A stretch of 23,851 nt of DNA, from positions 1 through 23,851 of the forward strand of contig CAZZIC010000049.1 of the NCBI GenBank assembly GCA_964653985.1. The letters run 5' to 3'. Origin of the DNA: an uncultured archaeon. GTDB lineage: Archaea > Asgardarchaeota > Lokiarchaeia > Sigyniarchaeales > SOKP01. Every line of letters begins with the position of its first letter. Position 1 is the first letter of the stretch. A program made the position numbers and the translations under genes. Below, piece by piece: positions 7,029 to 16,507 of this stretch. The notes under the pieces were generated by a model. The model saw only the letters and a program-made list of their open reading frames with translations. It did not search any database and was not told where the DNA came from.

Positions 7029-8579
7029 CTACAATCTTTTGATTAATGATAAAATCTTGCTGTATTTTTTTCTGAATAAAACATCATTTATATCATGTTG
7101 AGTGTGAAGTTTATCTTCATTGTAAGGGTGCCACCACGGATCTTTATCAATTCGTCCCTTATCAATATGTATATGATGCTGTTCTATCACTTCTTCAAAT
7201 CCGAATCTTCCATGAGTTTTTCCTATTCCGCTATTTTTATTCCCGTGCCATGGAGTATGAGGAATTCCATATGTGTATGCATGATTATTAACACTAACCG
7301 TTCCCATTTCCATTTGATATGCCAGTTTTCTGCCTTTATCGAGATCTTCCGTCCAAATTGAACCAAATAAACCGAAATCGGTATCGTTTGCTAATTTTAT
7401 TCCAACCGCTTCTTCTTGAAAGGGCATAACTGTAACAATGGGACCAAATATCTCCTCACAGACCGCATCCATTTCTTGAGTAACATCCGTGATGATGGTC
7501 GGTTTGAAAAAAAATCCCTCTAGTCCTTGATTTCTTTCCCCTCCTGTTAGTATAGTTGCTCCTTGTGCTTTGGCTTTAGCTACTTGTTCCTCCATATCTA
7601 GGAGCGCTTTTTCATTTATTACAGGTCCGACATCAATATTCGGATTATCCCAACCATTTCCTTGGTTTAAATTTTCAGTTTTTTGTTTAAATAATTCAAT
7701 GAATTCGGTGTATATTTGTTCTTGAGCATAAATTCTTTTAACGCTTGCACAAGTTTGCCCTGCGTTGACAAAACTAGCCCATGTTGCTCCTGAAGCTGCT
7801 CTTTTGATATTTGCATCATTTAGAATAACCATAGGAGACTTACCTCCTAATTCCAAAGTTACGGGTTTTAGATTTTGAGTTGACAACTCCAGAATACTTT
7901 TACCTATGCTAACACTTCCGGTAAAAATAATTCTATCAATATCTGATTTAACCAGTTCGCTTCCTATTCCCGATCCACTTCCAGGGATTGCCTGAACAAG
8001 ATTATCTGGATACCCAACTTCCTCAAAAATCTCCTGAATTTTAACTCCCGTTAATGGAGTATCTGAAGAAGGTTTTAATATGGCTGAATTCCCTGCGGCT
8101 ATTGCGGTTATTACTTGAGAGAATGGTATCCCAAAGGGGTAATTCCATGGTGAGATAATTCCAATAACCCCTAAGGGTTTGGGTTCTATGTAAGATTTCC
8201 TTCCCATATACATCATTGGTAATCTTATGCCTTTAAATTTAATCTTAGATGGTTTAAGCACATCTTCAATATAATCGATGGCAAATCTTATCATTGCTAC
8301 ACCTGCTAATATATCGTTATTTATTGCTTCAATTTTTGGTTTCCCGGTTTCATCATGAATAACCTTGGCAATGTCATTAATATTTTCGGAGATATACTCC
8401 AAAGTTTTTTTTAAAAATGCTTTTCTCTTTTTAATTGAAACAGAGTTCCAAATTTTTTGAGCTTCTTTTGCTCCTTCCAATATGTGAGGCAAGTCTTCCG
8501 CATTATACTTTCTTGTACCCCCAACAATTTCAGCAGTGGCAGGGTTGTAAGACTTCATAACATCGTTCGTTTCATTCAT
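7029..8579 (-). CDS. NAD(P)+-dependent aldehyde dehydrogenase family protein
   Basis: ALDH signatures: LELGGKSP (the catalytic Glu region), FVNAGQTCASVKRIY (the catalytic Cys motif FxNxGQxCxA) and FTGSVSIGKSI (cofactor binding). The length of 516 aa fits. Confidence 0.9.
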   Translation of the reverse strand: MNETNDVMKSYNPATAEIVGGTRKYNAEDLPHILEGAKEAQKIWNSVSIKKRKAFLKKTLEYISENINDIAKVIHDETGKPKIEAINNDILAGVAMIRFAIDYIEDVLKPSKIKFKGIRLPMMYMGRKSYIEPKPLGVIGIISPWNYPFGIPFSQVITAIAAGNSAILKPSSDTPLTGVKIQEIFEEVGYPDNLVQAIPGSGSGIGSELVKSDIDRIIFTGSVSIGKSILELSTQNLKPVTLELGGKSPMVILNDANIKRAASGATWASFVNAGQTCASVKRIYAQEQIYTEFIELFKQKTENLNQGNGWDNPNIDVGPVINEKALLDMEEQVAKAKAQGATILTGGERNQGLEGFFFKPTIITDVTQEMDAVCEEIFGPIVTVMPFQEEAVGIKLANDTDFGLFGSIWTEDLDKGRKLAYQMEMGTVSVNNHAYTYGIPHTPWHGNKNSGIGKTHGRFGFEEVIEQHHIHIDKGRIDKDPWWHPYNEDKLHTQHDINDVLFRKKYSKILSLIKRL

Positions 8580-8804
8580 AGATTTTAACCTCGGAATTTA
8601 ATAGAAATTTGATTATAATTAGTTGTACGAATATACTATTAAAAAATGACGTTACAATAGATTATAAACTCTTCATAAAAAGAATTTATTGATTTACTAA
8701 AAGCTATTGAAAAAGATTTATAATTTAGAAAAACAATTCATAAAAACAATTTTTATTATAACTAATATAGATAGTTAAGAACTTAAAAGAAGATGATATA
8801 ATTT

Positions 8805-9317
8805 ATGAATGATCTTAAAAATCTAACTTGGTCTGATATTGAATCTGATTTAATGGATCCGCAAGAATTTAAAAGTAAGATTAAAGAAAAGCCTGAAAAA
8901 TGGAATAATTATCAAAAATATAAACTTGAGAGAAAGATAATTAAGAAAATTAAAAAACTTTTAAAGAAAAAAAATCAGAAAATCAAATTGGTGGCAATTG
9001 GGGCTGAATGGTGTAAAGACTGCTCTATTCAACTACCCAGAATGATTAAAATATCTGAGGAGTTTGAAAGAGAGATTTTTGAGTTTTATATTCTCTATGG
9101 AGTTATGGTAAATGCTTTTCATAAAGAAGGAGAACTAAAATGGCATAAGGAAAAGTCACCCCCAGAAGCAGCTAACCCAAAATTCGACTTACATGCAATA
9201 CCAACCATATATATATTCAATAAAGAAGGAAAATATATGAATCGTATTGTTGAGAAACCTACCAAAACTGGAAGGTTAGAAAATGAAATATTACATCTTT
9301 TAGAGAACACTTTTTAG
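8805..9317 (+). CDS. Thioredoxin-fold protein with a WCKDC redox motif and a Lys-rich N-terminal region
   Basis: VAIGAEWCKDCSIQLP resembles the thioredoxin WCGPC / TlpA-like CxxC active site. The motif sits after a hydrophobic beta strand, as in Trx folds. Confidence 0.5.
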   Translation: MNDLKNLTWSDIESDLMDPQEFKSKIKEKPEKWNNYQKYKLERKIIKKIKKLLKKKNQKIKLVAIGAEWCKDCSIQLPRMIKISEEFEREIFEFYILYGVMVNAFHKEGELKWHKEKSPPEAANPKFDLHAIPTIYIFNKEGKYMNRIVEKPTKTGRLENEILHLLENTF

Positions 9318-9430
9318 CTTCTCAAGATCTCCTTTTCTGTTGTTCTCATTCTTTCTTCTTATTTTTTACAGATTTTCCTTTTATGATTATTTAAATTAAC
9401 TTTAAATCTGCATAATTTTTATATTTCTAT

Positions 9431-11458
9431 ATGTCAAAATTAAAAGTTCAAAAAGTAATCATCTTTAAACACGGTGTAAGTTATTTTTTAAGAAATGGTA
9501 CACTTAAAGATTCGGGGAAGTTTGAATTAGAGTTTGACTTCGATGAGATGAACGACGTCCTAAAGTCGTTGTTCGTTCTTGATACCAGCGAAAAAGGGTT
9601 TATTTCTTCAATTTCTTATGAAACTTCACTTGATGCCGATCAACTACTCAAATCAATAATGTTAGAAATACCCAGTGAGAATTCTTTTTCCTCTTTAATT
9701 AAACAAATAAAAGGAGCGGAAGTTTCATTAACTATTGGAAATGATATAGAAGAGATCCATGGAATAATTATGGGTATTGAATATGTTGAAAAATCGGTTA
9801 AAGATTACAAAATTACTGAAAAATTACTTCCTATATTAAAAGAAAACGGAAAGATTGTGAAGATTCCCTTTTCCGAGATATCTTCATTTGAAATAAAAAA
9901 TGAAGATCTTAAAAAAGATTTAAATTTTTTCCTAAATACTTCTATTTCTTCTAAAAAGAAAGAAAGTAAGAAGATAACGATAAACTGTGAATCAGGTGGA
10001 GAAACGGGTAAGAGAAATATTGTTGTAAGCTATATCCATTCAAGTCCTGTTTGGAAAACGTCATATCGATTGATAATGAGCGAACAACAAGCTCAAAATG
10101 AGAAAGCACTCCTTTCTGGCTGGGCTTTAATAGAGAATATAACTAATGAAGATTGGGAAGATATTGAGCTTTCATTAGTTGCTGGCATGCCTGTATCATT
10201 CATTTATGACTTTTATAAACCAATATTTATAGAACGTCCTATAATTGAACCACCTAAAGTGGCTAGTGCACGTCCTACTGAGATTGAAGAAGCAATGCCT
10301 GTAGATCAATTTAAAGGATATAAAGAAGAAGCTGAAATGAGAGTTATGGCAGAACCCAAGGCAAAAAGAGCCAGAAAGCTTGGAGCAAGAGCTCCTCCAG
10401 CTCCTTCAGCAGCATCAGGTGGTGGACTCTCCGATGATGAGTTAATGTCAAAGTTGGAAAGTTCTACCAAAACCACTTCAAAGGATTTAGGCGAATTATT
10501 TGAATATAATATAAGCAATCCTGTAACCATCAAAAGAAAGCAATCCGCTCTGGTTCCAATCTTAACAGAAGAGATTAAGGCAAAGAGAGTTTTATTGTAT
10601 AATAAATCGAAACACCAAAAAAATCCACACGCTTGCTTAGAAATTACTAATAACTCTGACTTGACTTTAGAAACTGGACCTGCTACAATTATTTATAAAA
10701 ATAACTTAGCTGGTGAGGCAGTAATCCCCTTTCTGAATAAAGATGACACTCGTCTTCTGAACTATGCCATAGAACTAGCCGTTTTAATTACCCCCGATCA
10801 AAAAACTCAACATAAAAAAGTTCATAACGTGTCATTTAGAAGCGGATATTCCTATGAATATTATTACACTCACCTGATTACATCGTATAAAATAAAGAAC
10901 AAAACAGCTGAGCAAAAAGAATTATACCTTGAACATCCCAAGAAATCCGCTTATAAAATAATCGAAAGCCCAATTGATCCCGAAGAAACACCTAACTTTT
11001 GGAGATTTAAGTTAAAAATTGAACCTAAAGAAGCCGTAGAGTTTGTTATTAAAGAAAGACAAGAAAATTATCGGAGTAATTATATCTGGAACTATTCGAA
11101 AGAAGATTTTCTTGATAAAATTAGTTTCTATGTTGATCAGGACTTCGTTGATGGAAAGCTTGAAAACAAATTAAAAGATATTGCTGTGGAAATTGGAAAA
11201 CTAAACAATCTTAAACGAGAAAAATCAGACTTGGAAGAAGAAATTGAGTGGTTAAATGAAGAACAAGAGCGTTTGCGAGAAAATATCTCTGTACTTGGAC
11301 AATCATCTCAAGAAGCCTCTCTTAGAGAAAAATATGTTAAAAAATTGACCGATCAAGAAAATCGTTTTGAGGAAATAAAATCTGAGGCTAAGGATCTCCA
11401 AGAAAAAATTGATAACTTAAATCTGAAAATCTCAGAAAAAATCGATGAATTGAGCTAA
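9431..11458 (+). CDS. DUF4140/DUF4139-family protein (mucoidy-inhibitor-A-like conserved hypothetical). It has an Ala/Pro/Gly-rich linker and a C-terminal coiled coil.
   Basis: N-terminus VQKVIIFKHGVSYFLRNGTL...LEFDFDEMNDVLKSLFVLD fits the DUF4140 pattern as I remember it. SYIHSSPVWKTSYRLI...ALLSGWALIENITNEDWEDIELSLVAGMPVSF and ELFEYNISNPVTIKRKQSALVPI fit the DUF4139 core. The C-terminal 130 aa is heptad-like (LENKLKDIAVEIGKLNNLKREKSDLEEEIEWLNEEQERLREN...). Confidence 0.55.
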   Translation: MSKLKVQKVIIFKHGVSYFLRNGTLKDSGKFELEFDFDEMNDVLKSLFVLDTSEKGFISSISYETSLDADQLLKSIMLEIPSENSFSSLIKQIKGAEVSLTIGNDIEEIHGIIMGIEYVEKSVKDYKITEKLLPILKENGKIVKIPFSEISSFEIKNEDLKKDLNFFLNTSISSKKKESKKITINCESGGETGKRNIVVSYIHSSPVWKTSYRLIMSEQQAQNEKALLSGWALIENITNEDWEDIELSLVAGMPVSFIYDFYKPIFIERPIIEPPKVASARPTEIEEAMPVDQFKGYKEEAEMRVMAEPKAKRARKLGARAPPAPSAASGGGLSDDELMSKLESSTKTTSKDLGELFEYNISNPVTIKRKQSALVPILTEEIKAKRVLLYNKSKHQKNPHACLEITNNSDLTLETGPATIIYKNNLAGEAVIPFLNKDDTRLLNYAIELAVLITPDQKTQHKKVHNVSFRSGYSYEYYYTHLITSYKIKNKTAEQKELYLEHPKKSAYKIIESPIDPEETPNFWRFKLKIEPKEAVEFVIKERQENYRSNYIWNYSKEDFLDKISFYVDQDFVDGKLENKLKDIAVEIGKLNNLKREKSDLEEEIEWLNEEQERLRENISVLGQSSQEASLREKYVKKLTDQENRFEEIKSEAKDLQEKIDNLNLKISEKIDELS

Positions 11459-11530
11459 CTTCTAAAAAAACAATCCTAAACTTTTTTATTTCATAATTCA
11501 GTAGTTTTTTAAAATTTTTATGTATGGTTA
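11459..11530. terminator. Convergent-gene terminator zone with several T-tracts (ctttttttatttc, gtagtttttta, aatttttatg)
   Basis: Oligo-T runs follow a plus-strand stop codon, which is typical of archaeal termination. Position only, no mapping. Confidence 0.25.
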
Positions 11531-11663
11531 ATACTTTGATTTTAACTCACTGACCAACAGATAAAAAAATCAAGTAGTTTGGATTCTAAATTAATGAATA
11601 TTTTCATTGAAATTACTTGAAAATACTATAAATTTTGAATTTTGGGTAAATAAAAAATTAATA

Positions 11664-12458
11664 TTATTCTGAGGTATCAGGATCCATTCCACTAATTTCA
11701 TTATTCGATTTTAAATTCAAGATCATTTTTGTTCTTTTAAGACTTTTCGTTTGACGTACAAATAATTTTACAAATTCAGTTTTAGGTTTTTTAATCAATT
11801 CGTTTGGATACCCATATTGTTCTATTTTTCCAGCGTTCATAACAGTAATTTTATCTCCTAATTCAAATGCTTCATCAATATCGTGAGTAACATATATCAC
11901 AGTAATTTGTAATTCATTCTGTAAACTTTGGAGTTCTTGGGAAATCCTTCTTCGAGTACTCCAATCTATTGAGCTTAAAGGTTCATCTAAAAGAAGTAAA
12001 TTAGGCTTAATTGCTAAAGCCCGGGCTAATGCTACTCTTTGCTGTTGACCCCAACTAAGCTGACTGGGCTTTCTCTTTCCAAGTTTGTTTAATTTAAGTT
12101 TTTCTAATAATTGTGAAACCCTTAATTGCCTTTCAGAAGCGGGAATTTCTTGAACTTTTAATCCAAAAGCTACATTTTCTTCTACAGTCAGATGTGGAAA
12201 TAATCCAAAATTTTGAGGAAGGAATCCAATATTTCTATTAGAAACCGCTATTTGATTAATCCTATGGTTATTTATATAGATTGAGCCTTTATCTGGTTTT
12301 TCAGCACCCAAAATAACTTTGAGAAGCGTTGTCTTACCACAACCACTCGGGCCAACTAAAACCATAAATTCTCCTCTATCGATTTCCCAATTTATATTAT
12401 GTAATATTCTATTTTGATCTAATGTTTTATTGATGTTCTCTAACTTCAAAAAAGCCAT
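11664..12458 (-). CDS. ABC transporter ATP-binding protein of the ModC/WtpC/CysA type, without a TOBE domain
   Basis: Walker A GPSGCGKTT, the signature LSWGQQQRVALARA (LSGGQ variant), Walker B LLLLDEPLSSID and an H-loop VTHD. Confidence 0.9.
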   Translation of the reverse strand: MAFLKLENINKTLDQNRILHNINWEIDRGEFMVLVGPSGCGKTTLLKVILGAEKPDKGSIYINNHRINQIAVSNRNIGFLPQNFGLFPHLTVEENVAFGLKVQEIPASERQLRVSQLLEKLKLNKLGKRKPSQLSWGQQQRVALARALAIKPNLLLLDEPLSSIDWSTRRRISQELQSLQNELQITVIYVTHDIDEAFELGDKITVMNAGKIEQYGYPNELIKKPKTEFVKLFVRQTKSLKRTKMILNLKSNNEISGMDPDTSE

Positions 12459-12462
12459 AAGA

Positions 12463-13251
12463 TTATTCCCTCCTTTCCATGAGTATTTTAAATGTTAATA
12501 AAATAATTATAGAAAATGTTGCTAAGATTAATGCTAAAGTCATTGCTTTTTCTAAAGATTGTTGAGCTTCAAATACAATCAATGCGGGCATAGTTTGGGT
12601 GACTCCTGGAATTGTTGCACCCGCAAATACAATTGTACCTGCAACTTCACCTAATGCACGTGCCCAAGTTCGAGCACTTCCCGCAACTAGCGCTTTAAAT
12701 GAGAGAGGGACTGTAATATCTTTAAATGTTGTAAAAGCCGAAGCACCCAATGATTGAGCTATCATTTCCAACTCTGTACTTCTTATCTCTCTAAACTTCA
12801 TGGTTAATATGCTCACTAAGAAAGGAGAAGAAATAAAGGTCTTCACTAAAACCATAGCCCAAAATGTATTTATTAAATTAATACCCAGACTATTAAAATA
12901 ATTCCCTATGAAGCTTGTAGGATAAAACATTATAAGATAAGTTGTACCTACTACACCAGGGGGGAAAGAATGGGGAATATCTACAACTAAAGTTTCAAGT
13001 ATTGATTTATGCTTAAAGTCTTTATATGCTAATATCCAAGCAGTTGGAATCCCAAATATGAGAGAGATTAAAACTACGATAGTGGAAGATGATATACTAA
13101 TCCATAACGCAAGAATAATTTCTCTGCTGAAAAGATATTCTAAAATTAAAGAACCATACTGCAAACTTGAAAAAAGGTAAAATATAGAAAAGAGCATAAA
13201 AGCCATAAAAAATAATGAAGAGATGATCATAAAAACATTAAATTTCTTCAT
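12463..13251 (-). CDS. ABC transporter permease of the ModB/WtpB/CysTW family
   Basis: EAA-loop region EMIAQSLGASAFTTFKDITVPLSFKALVAGSARTWARALGEVAGTIVFAG closely matches ModB-type EEAARTLGAS...LPLARPG...FARSLGEFGAT. The protein is multi-hydrophobic and about 6 TM. Its stop is 4 nt upstream of the ATPase start. Confidence 0.85.
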   Translation of the reverse strand: MKKFNVFMIISSLFFMAFMLFSIFYLFSSLQYGSLILEYLFSREIILALWISISSSTIVVLISLIFGIPTAWILAYKDFKHKSILETLVVDIPHSFPPGVVGTTYLIMFYPTSFIGNYFNSLGINLINTFWAMVLVKTFISSPFLVSILTMKFREIRSTELEMIAQSLGASAFTTFKDITVPLSFKALVAGSARTWARALGEVAGTIVFAGATIPGVTQTMPALIVFEAQQSLEKAMTLALILATFSIIILLTFKILMERRE

Positions 13252-13497
13252 AGTTACATATATATTAATTAAATACGTATTAATTTTTTTTCTTATTGAT
13301 AATTATACTTAAAATATAAAGTTAAGATGTTAAAGTTATACAAAATAAAGCTTATTACCTAAAATTAAAATTAAATAATTCTATTTAAAAACGAGTAGAG
13401 AGAGCATTTCATCTTCTAAAAATTTATAAAATTTAAAACTTTTTGAAAATAGAATTATTTTTAGAATTTACTTGTTATTTAAAAGAGATAAACTCAC

Positions 13498-14604
13498 ATG
13501 TCATCTCAAGATATTTGGTATAAAACAGCAAGAACTATTGTGAAAGCGGGATACATGCCATTTCCGATTAGTGGAACACTAATTGAGTTATTAAAAATTC
13601 TCATAACGGAAAGACAAGCAGAATTCATTCAAGTTTTCAAAAAACAGCCAAATCTAACACTTGACCAAATAAAAGAAAATTGCAAGCTGAAAGAAGAAGA
13701 AATAAAGCAAATCCTTAATGATTTGATGCATGAGGGAGTAATTACGGGAACTGAATCACGGTCTGCTGGAGTGATGATTTATCGATTAATGCCTCCCTTC
13801 CCCGGGTTGTTTGAATTTACGCTTATGAGAGGGAAATCTGGTGAAAAAGAGAAAAAACTGGCAAAATTGTTTGATACATTATTTGAGGAGATTAAAGACG
13901 GCACACAGAAAAATTACAATAATATTGTTAAACAGTTCAAACAATTTCCTGCTATTGATCGAGTGGTGCCCGTGGAGCAAGAAGTTGAGGTTCAACAAGA
14001 ATTGGTACTTCCACCTGAAGAAGTTTCTAAAATCGTTGAAGAATATGATGATATTGCTCTTACCACCTGCTATTGTCGTCATGAAAAAGATCTATTAGAT
14101 AGACCATGTGAAGTTACCGATATCAGAAAAAATTGTTTACTTTTTGGGAAAACTGCTAAATTCGCAATAGAGCAAGAATTTGCAGAATCAATCTCAAGAG
14201 ATGAAGTTAAAAAGATTTTAAAGGAAGCAGAGGAAGAAGGGTTGGTACATAAAACATTTCATGTTCATTTAAAACCTGAAAGAGGAATAGAGGCAATATG
14301 TAATTGTTGTAAATGTTGCTGCGGAATCTTTCAATTGTACTATCAAGGAGCGATGCCCTTACATACCTTAACCTCTTATATTGCCGAAATCAATGAGGAG
14401 GATTGTGTTGGATGCGGAGTTTGCGTAGAGAAATGCCCTATGGAAACTATAGATTTAGTAGATGATATTGCTATAATTAATACAGAAAAATGTATTGGTT
14501 GCGGAGCTTGTGTACATCAATGTCCCTCTTATGCGATAGAATTAAATAGAACTGGATTGAGGGATGTATATGTTCCCCCTCCCAAATTAGATTCATCTGA
14601 TTAG
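13498..14604 (+). CDS. 4Fe-4S dicluster ferredoxin-domain protein with an additional Cys-rich segment
   Basis: Two CxxCxxCxxxCP motifs (CVGCGVCVEKCP, CIGCGACVHQCP), a CNCCKCCCG cluster, and CYCRHEKDLLDRPCEVTDIRKNC. The N-terminal 130 aa has unknown function. Confidence 0.75.
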   Translation: MSSQDIWYKTARTIVKAGYMPFPISGTLIELLKILITERQAEFIQVFKKQPNLTLDQIKENCKLKEEEIKQILNDLMHEGVITGTESRSAGVMIYRLMPPFPGLFEFTLMRGKSGEKEKKLAKLFDTLFEEIKDGTQKNYNNIVKQFKQFPAIDRVVPVEQEVEVQQELVLPPEEVSKIVEEYDDIALTTCYCRHEKDLLDRPCEVTDIRKNCLLFGKTAKFAIEQEFAESISRDEVKKILKEAEEEGLVHKTFHVHLKPERGIEAICNCCKCCCGIFQLYYQGAMPLHTLTSYIAEINEEDCVGCGVCVEKCPMETIDLVDDIAIINTEKCIGCGACVHQCPSYAIELNRTGLRDVYVPPPKLDSSD

Positions 14605-14755
14605 CTAGTACCATAGATTCTTTCCGAATTTTATAAATAATTCTTACAATTTGAATATTAGGTATATATTGAATTGAAAGATAATACCTACTGGTTTTAT
14701 TTTGAAAAAAAAGAATATTAAAAAAAAGAATAAGAAATAAGGGGGTATATCTGAC

Positions 14756-16069
14756 TTATACGGACATTTTAAAGAGTGTTCGTAAAGCCATGCTCATGAT
14801 ATATTGTTGGATTTGTCTTGATCCTCCAACGATTTCTTGAATTCTTGAAATGTTCAAGTAATCATGAGTTAAGGTATTGTCACTAAGACCAGCTCCACCC
14901 ATAAGATTAGCCGCCTCATAGCACACATCCTTGGAAAGCATGGTTGCGTGATATTTGAATTGACTTGCTGAAGCTACTAATGCTTGAGAGATATTCTTTG
15001 GAATTTCTCCGCCGAATTTCTCTAATTTCTCGTCGTAATTTTCGGTGAATTTCAATAATCCAAGAGTTAGGTTTGTAGTTTTTGCCCAAAGATCAGTTAA
15101 TGAGAATCCTACTCCTTGGAATTTCAAGATCTCTTGGTTGAATTGCTCTCTTAGGTTTGCATAAATGATTGCGTGACTTAATGCGCCCCAACATTGAGCG
15201 ATCGCTCCACAAGCGATACCAATTCTTTCAGGTACTAAACCTTCAAAAAGATGCTCTCTTCCTTTTCCAACTCCTCCAAGAACATATTCTTTTGGAACTC
15301 TAAGGTCTCTTAATTCTTCCCGTCCTAGATAAAGCTTTGGAACCCAAGGGATATTAACTCTGTCACAATTCCATCCATCCCATTCAGTGTTGACTAAGAA
15401 TTGAGCCATTTTATTTCCATTATTTTTCTCTGCTGTAGCGTAGGTTACCGCCCACTTTGATTTTGGAGCATTTGTGTTATAGATTTTATCCCCATTAAGG
15501 ATAAAGCTTCCATCCTCTTGTTCTTCACAAGTAGTCAATTGATGTACCGCATCAGATCCTCTTTCGGGCTCTGTAATCAAGATACATCCTGGAGCCTTTC
15601 CGGTGACCAAATCTTCAATAGCCTCCAATCTTTCGGGAATTCCATCATGATGCTCGTAAATAGGATTTATAGCAAGGACTGTAGCACCACTTCCCATAGC
15701 AAATTGGGTATCGAACATGTCAATTGCTAAATAACGGAGAAAGTCGTAAGTGGCACCCCATTTATCACCATAATCAACATCAATCATCTCGAAGTTATGG
15801 GCTCTCGTAATGTATCCCTTTTTACCGAAATCGGGGATCCAACTGTAGATGTCTTCTCCTGGTCCGTGTGTAATGTTATTCTTTTTCTCATAACGTTCAC
15901 AGAACCGTTCCACTTCTCTAAGAAACCCAAACTGGTCTGGCGACAAAATCGTCAACAAATTATTATTCAGCAAATTGTAGCGATTTTTGAGGCTCATCTT
16001 CTCTAAGATGTCTTCATTTATGGCTCTTGTCATATATTTCGTTTCTTTTTCTTCTGCCATTTTTTTCAC
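14756..16069 (-). CDS. Acyl-CoA dehydrogenase family protein. The listed start is GTG, and an ATG at 16060 gives MAEEKETKYM.
   Basis: ITEPERGSDAVHQ matches LTEPgaGSD. FILNGDKIYNTNA matches the GxKxWITN region. The C-terminus ISRIQEIVGGSRQIQQYIMS matches YEGTsEIQrlvIaR. Confidence 0.8.
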   Translation of the reverse strand: MKKMAEEKETKYMTRAINEDILEKMSLKNRYNLLNNNLLTILSPDQFGFLREVERFCERYEKKNNITHGPGEDIYSWIPDFGKKGYITRAHNFEMIDVDYGDKWGATYDFLRYLAIDMFDTQFAMGSGATVLAINPIYEHHDGIPERLEAIEDLVTGKAPGCILITEPERGSDAVHQLTTCEEQEDGSFILNGDKIYNTNAPKSKWAVTYATAEKNNGNKMAQFLVNTEWDGWNCDRVNIPWVPKLYLGREELRDLRVPKEYVLGGVGKGREHLFEGLVPERIGIACGAIAQCWGALSHAIIYANLREQFNQEILKFQGVGFSLTDLWAKTTNLTLGLLKFTENYDEKLEKFGGEIPKNISQALVASASQFKYHATMLSKDVCYEAANLMGGAGLSDNTLTHDYLNISRIQEIVGGSRQIQQYIMSMALRTLFKMSV

Positions 16070-16384
16070 GAATTTTTTTAACTTTTAAATTATTAGATAA
16101 TTAATTATAATTGAAAATATGGTTTGACTTTTTAATTTTTTTTAATGACGTGATTCATTTTTGAAAAATCTTTAAGAAGATTCCAAATTTGAATTAAAGA
16201 TTCGCAAAATTTTTCGTTAAATATTTAATCTTCTCTGTTGAAATTCACTATTCGTATAATTAATTTCAGTAATCAACTCAATCGTACATTTATGACTGGG
16301 AATTCAATCCCATTATTTGATTTTTTGATTTATCTTTGAAAATCTCTATTTAAGCATATCATTAAAATACAGATTTAGGTTATT

Positions 16385-16507
16385 TTTAGTTTCCCTTCTG
16401 GGAAACGAAATTTAATTCTCACGACTCCGTTCAAGAGCAGATCTCAAGAGAATACGGGTGAAACCCTACACTCTTTATCCCGTGCACCCATGGGACATTT
16501 GGGAGCA
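16385..16507. ncRNA. Candidate structured RNA element. It is a GC-enriched patch containing several stable hairpins, with strand and class unknown.
   Basis: Local GC is far above the roughly 30% background. There is a perfect 7-bp hairpin gtttccc-ttct-gggaaac (16390-16407), an attctc...gagaat 6-bp pairing enclosing ctc-cgttcaa-gag, an acggg-tgaaa-cc...cccgt pairing, and cccatggg and gtgcac palindromes. It lies immediately 3' of the 16508..17257 gene. Confidence 0.3.

Noticed and set aside
14660-14700. Inverted repeat aggtat...atacct with a 22-nt spacer between convergent genes
   Set aside because: It is short, AT-rich and common by chance at this composition. There is no second copy elsewhere in the window, so it does not suggest a mobile-element terminus.
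16385-16507. Possible tRNA in the GC-rich patch
   Set aside because: I checked both strands for a T-arm (G-TTCRANY-C with a 5-bp stem) and for acceptor-stem complementarity and found none. It is kept as a generic structured-RNA candidate instead.
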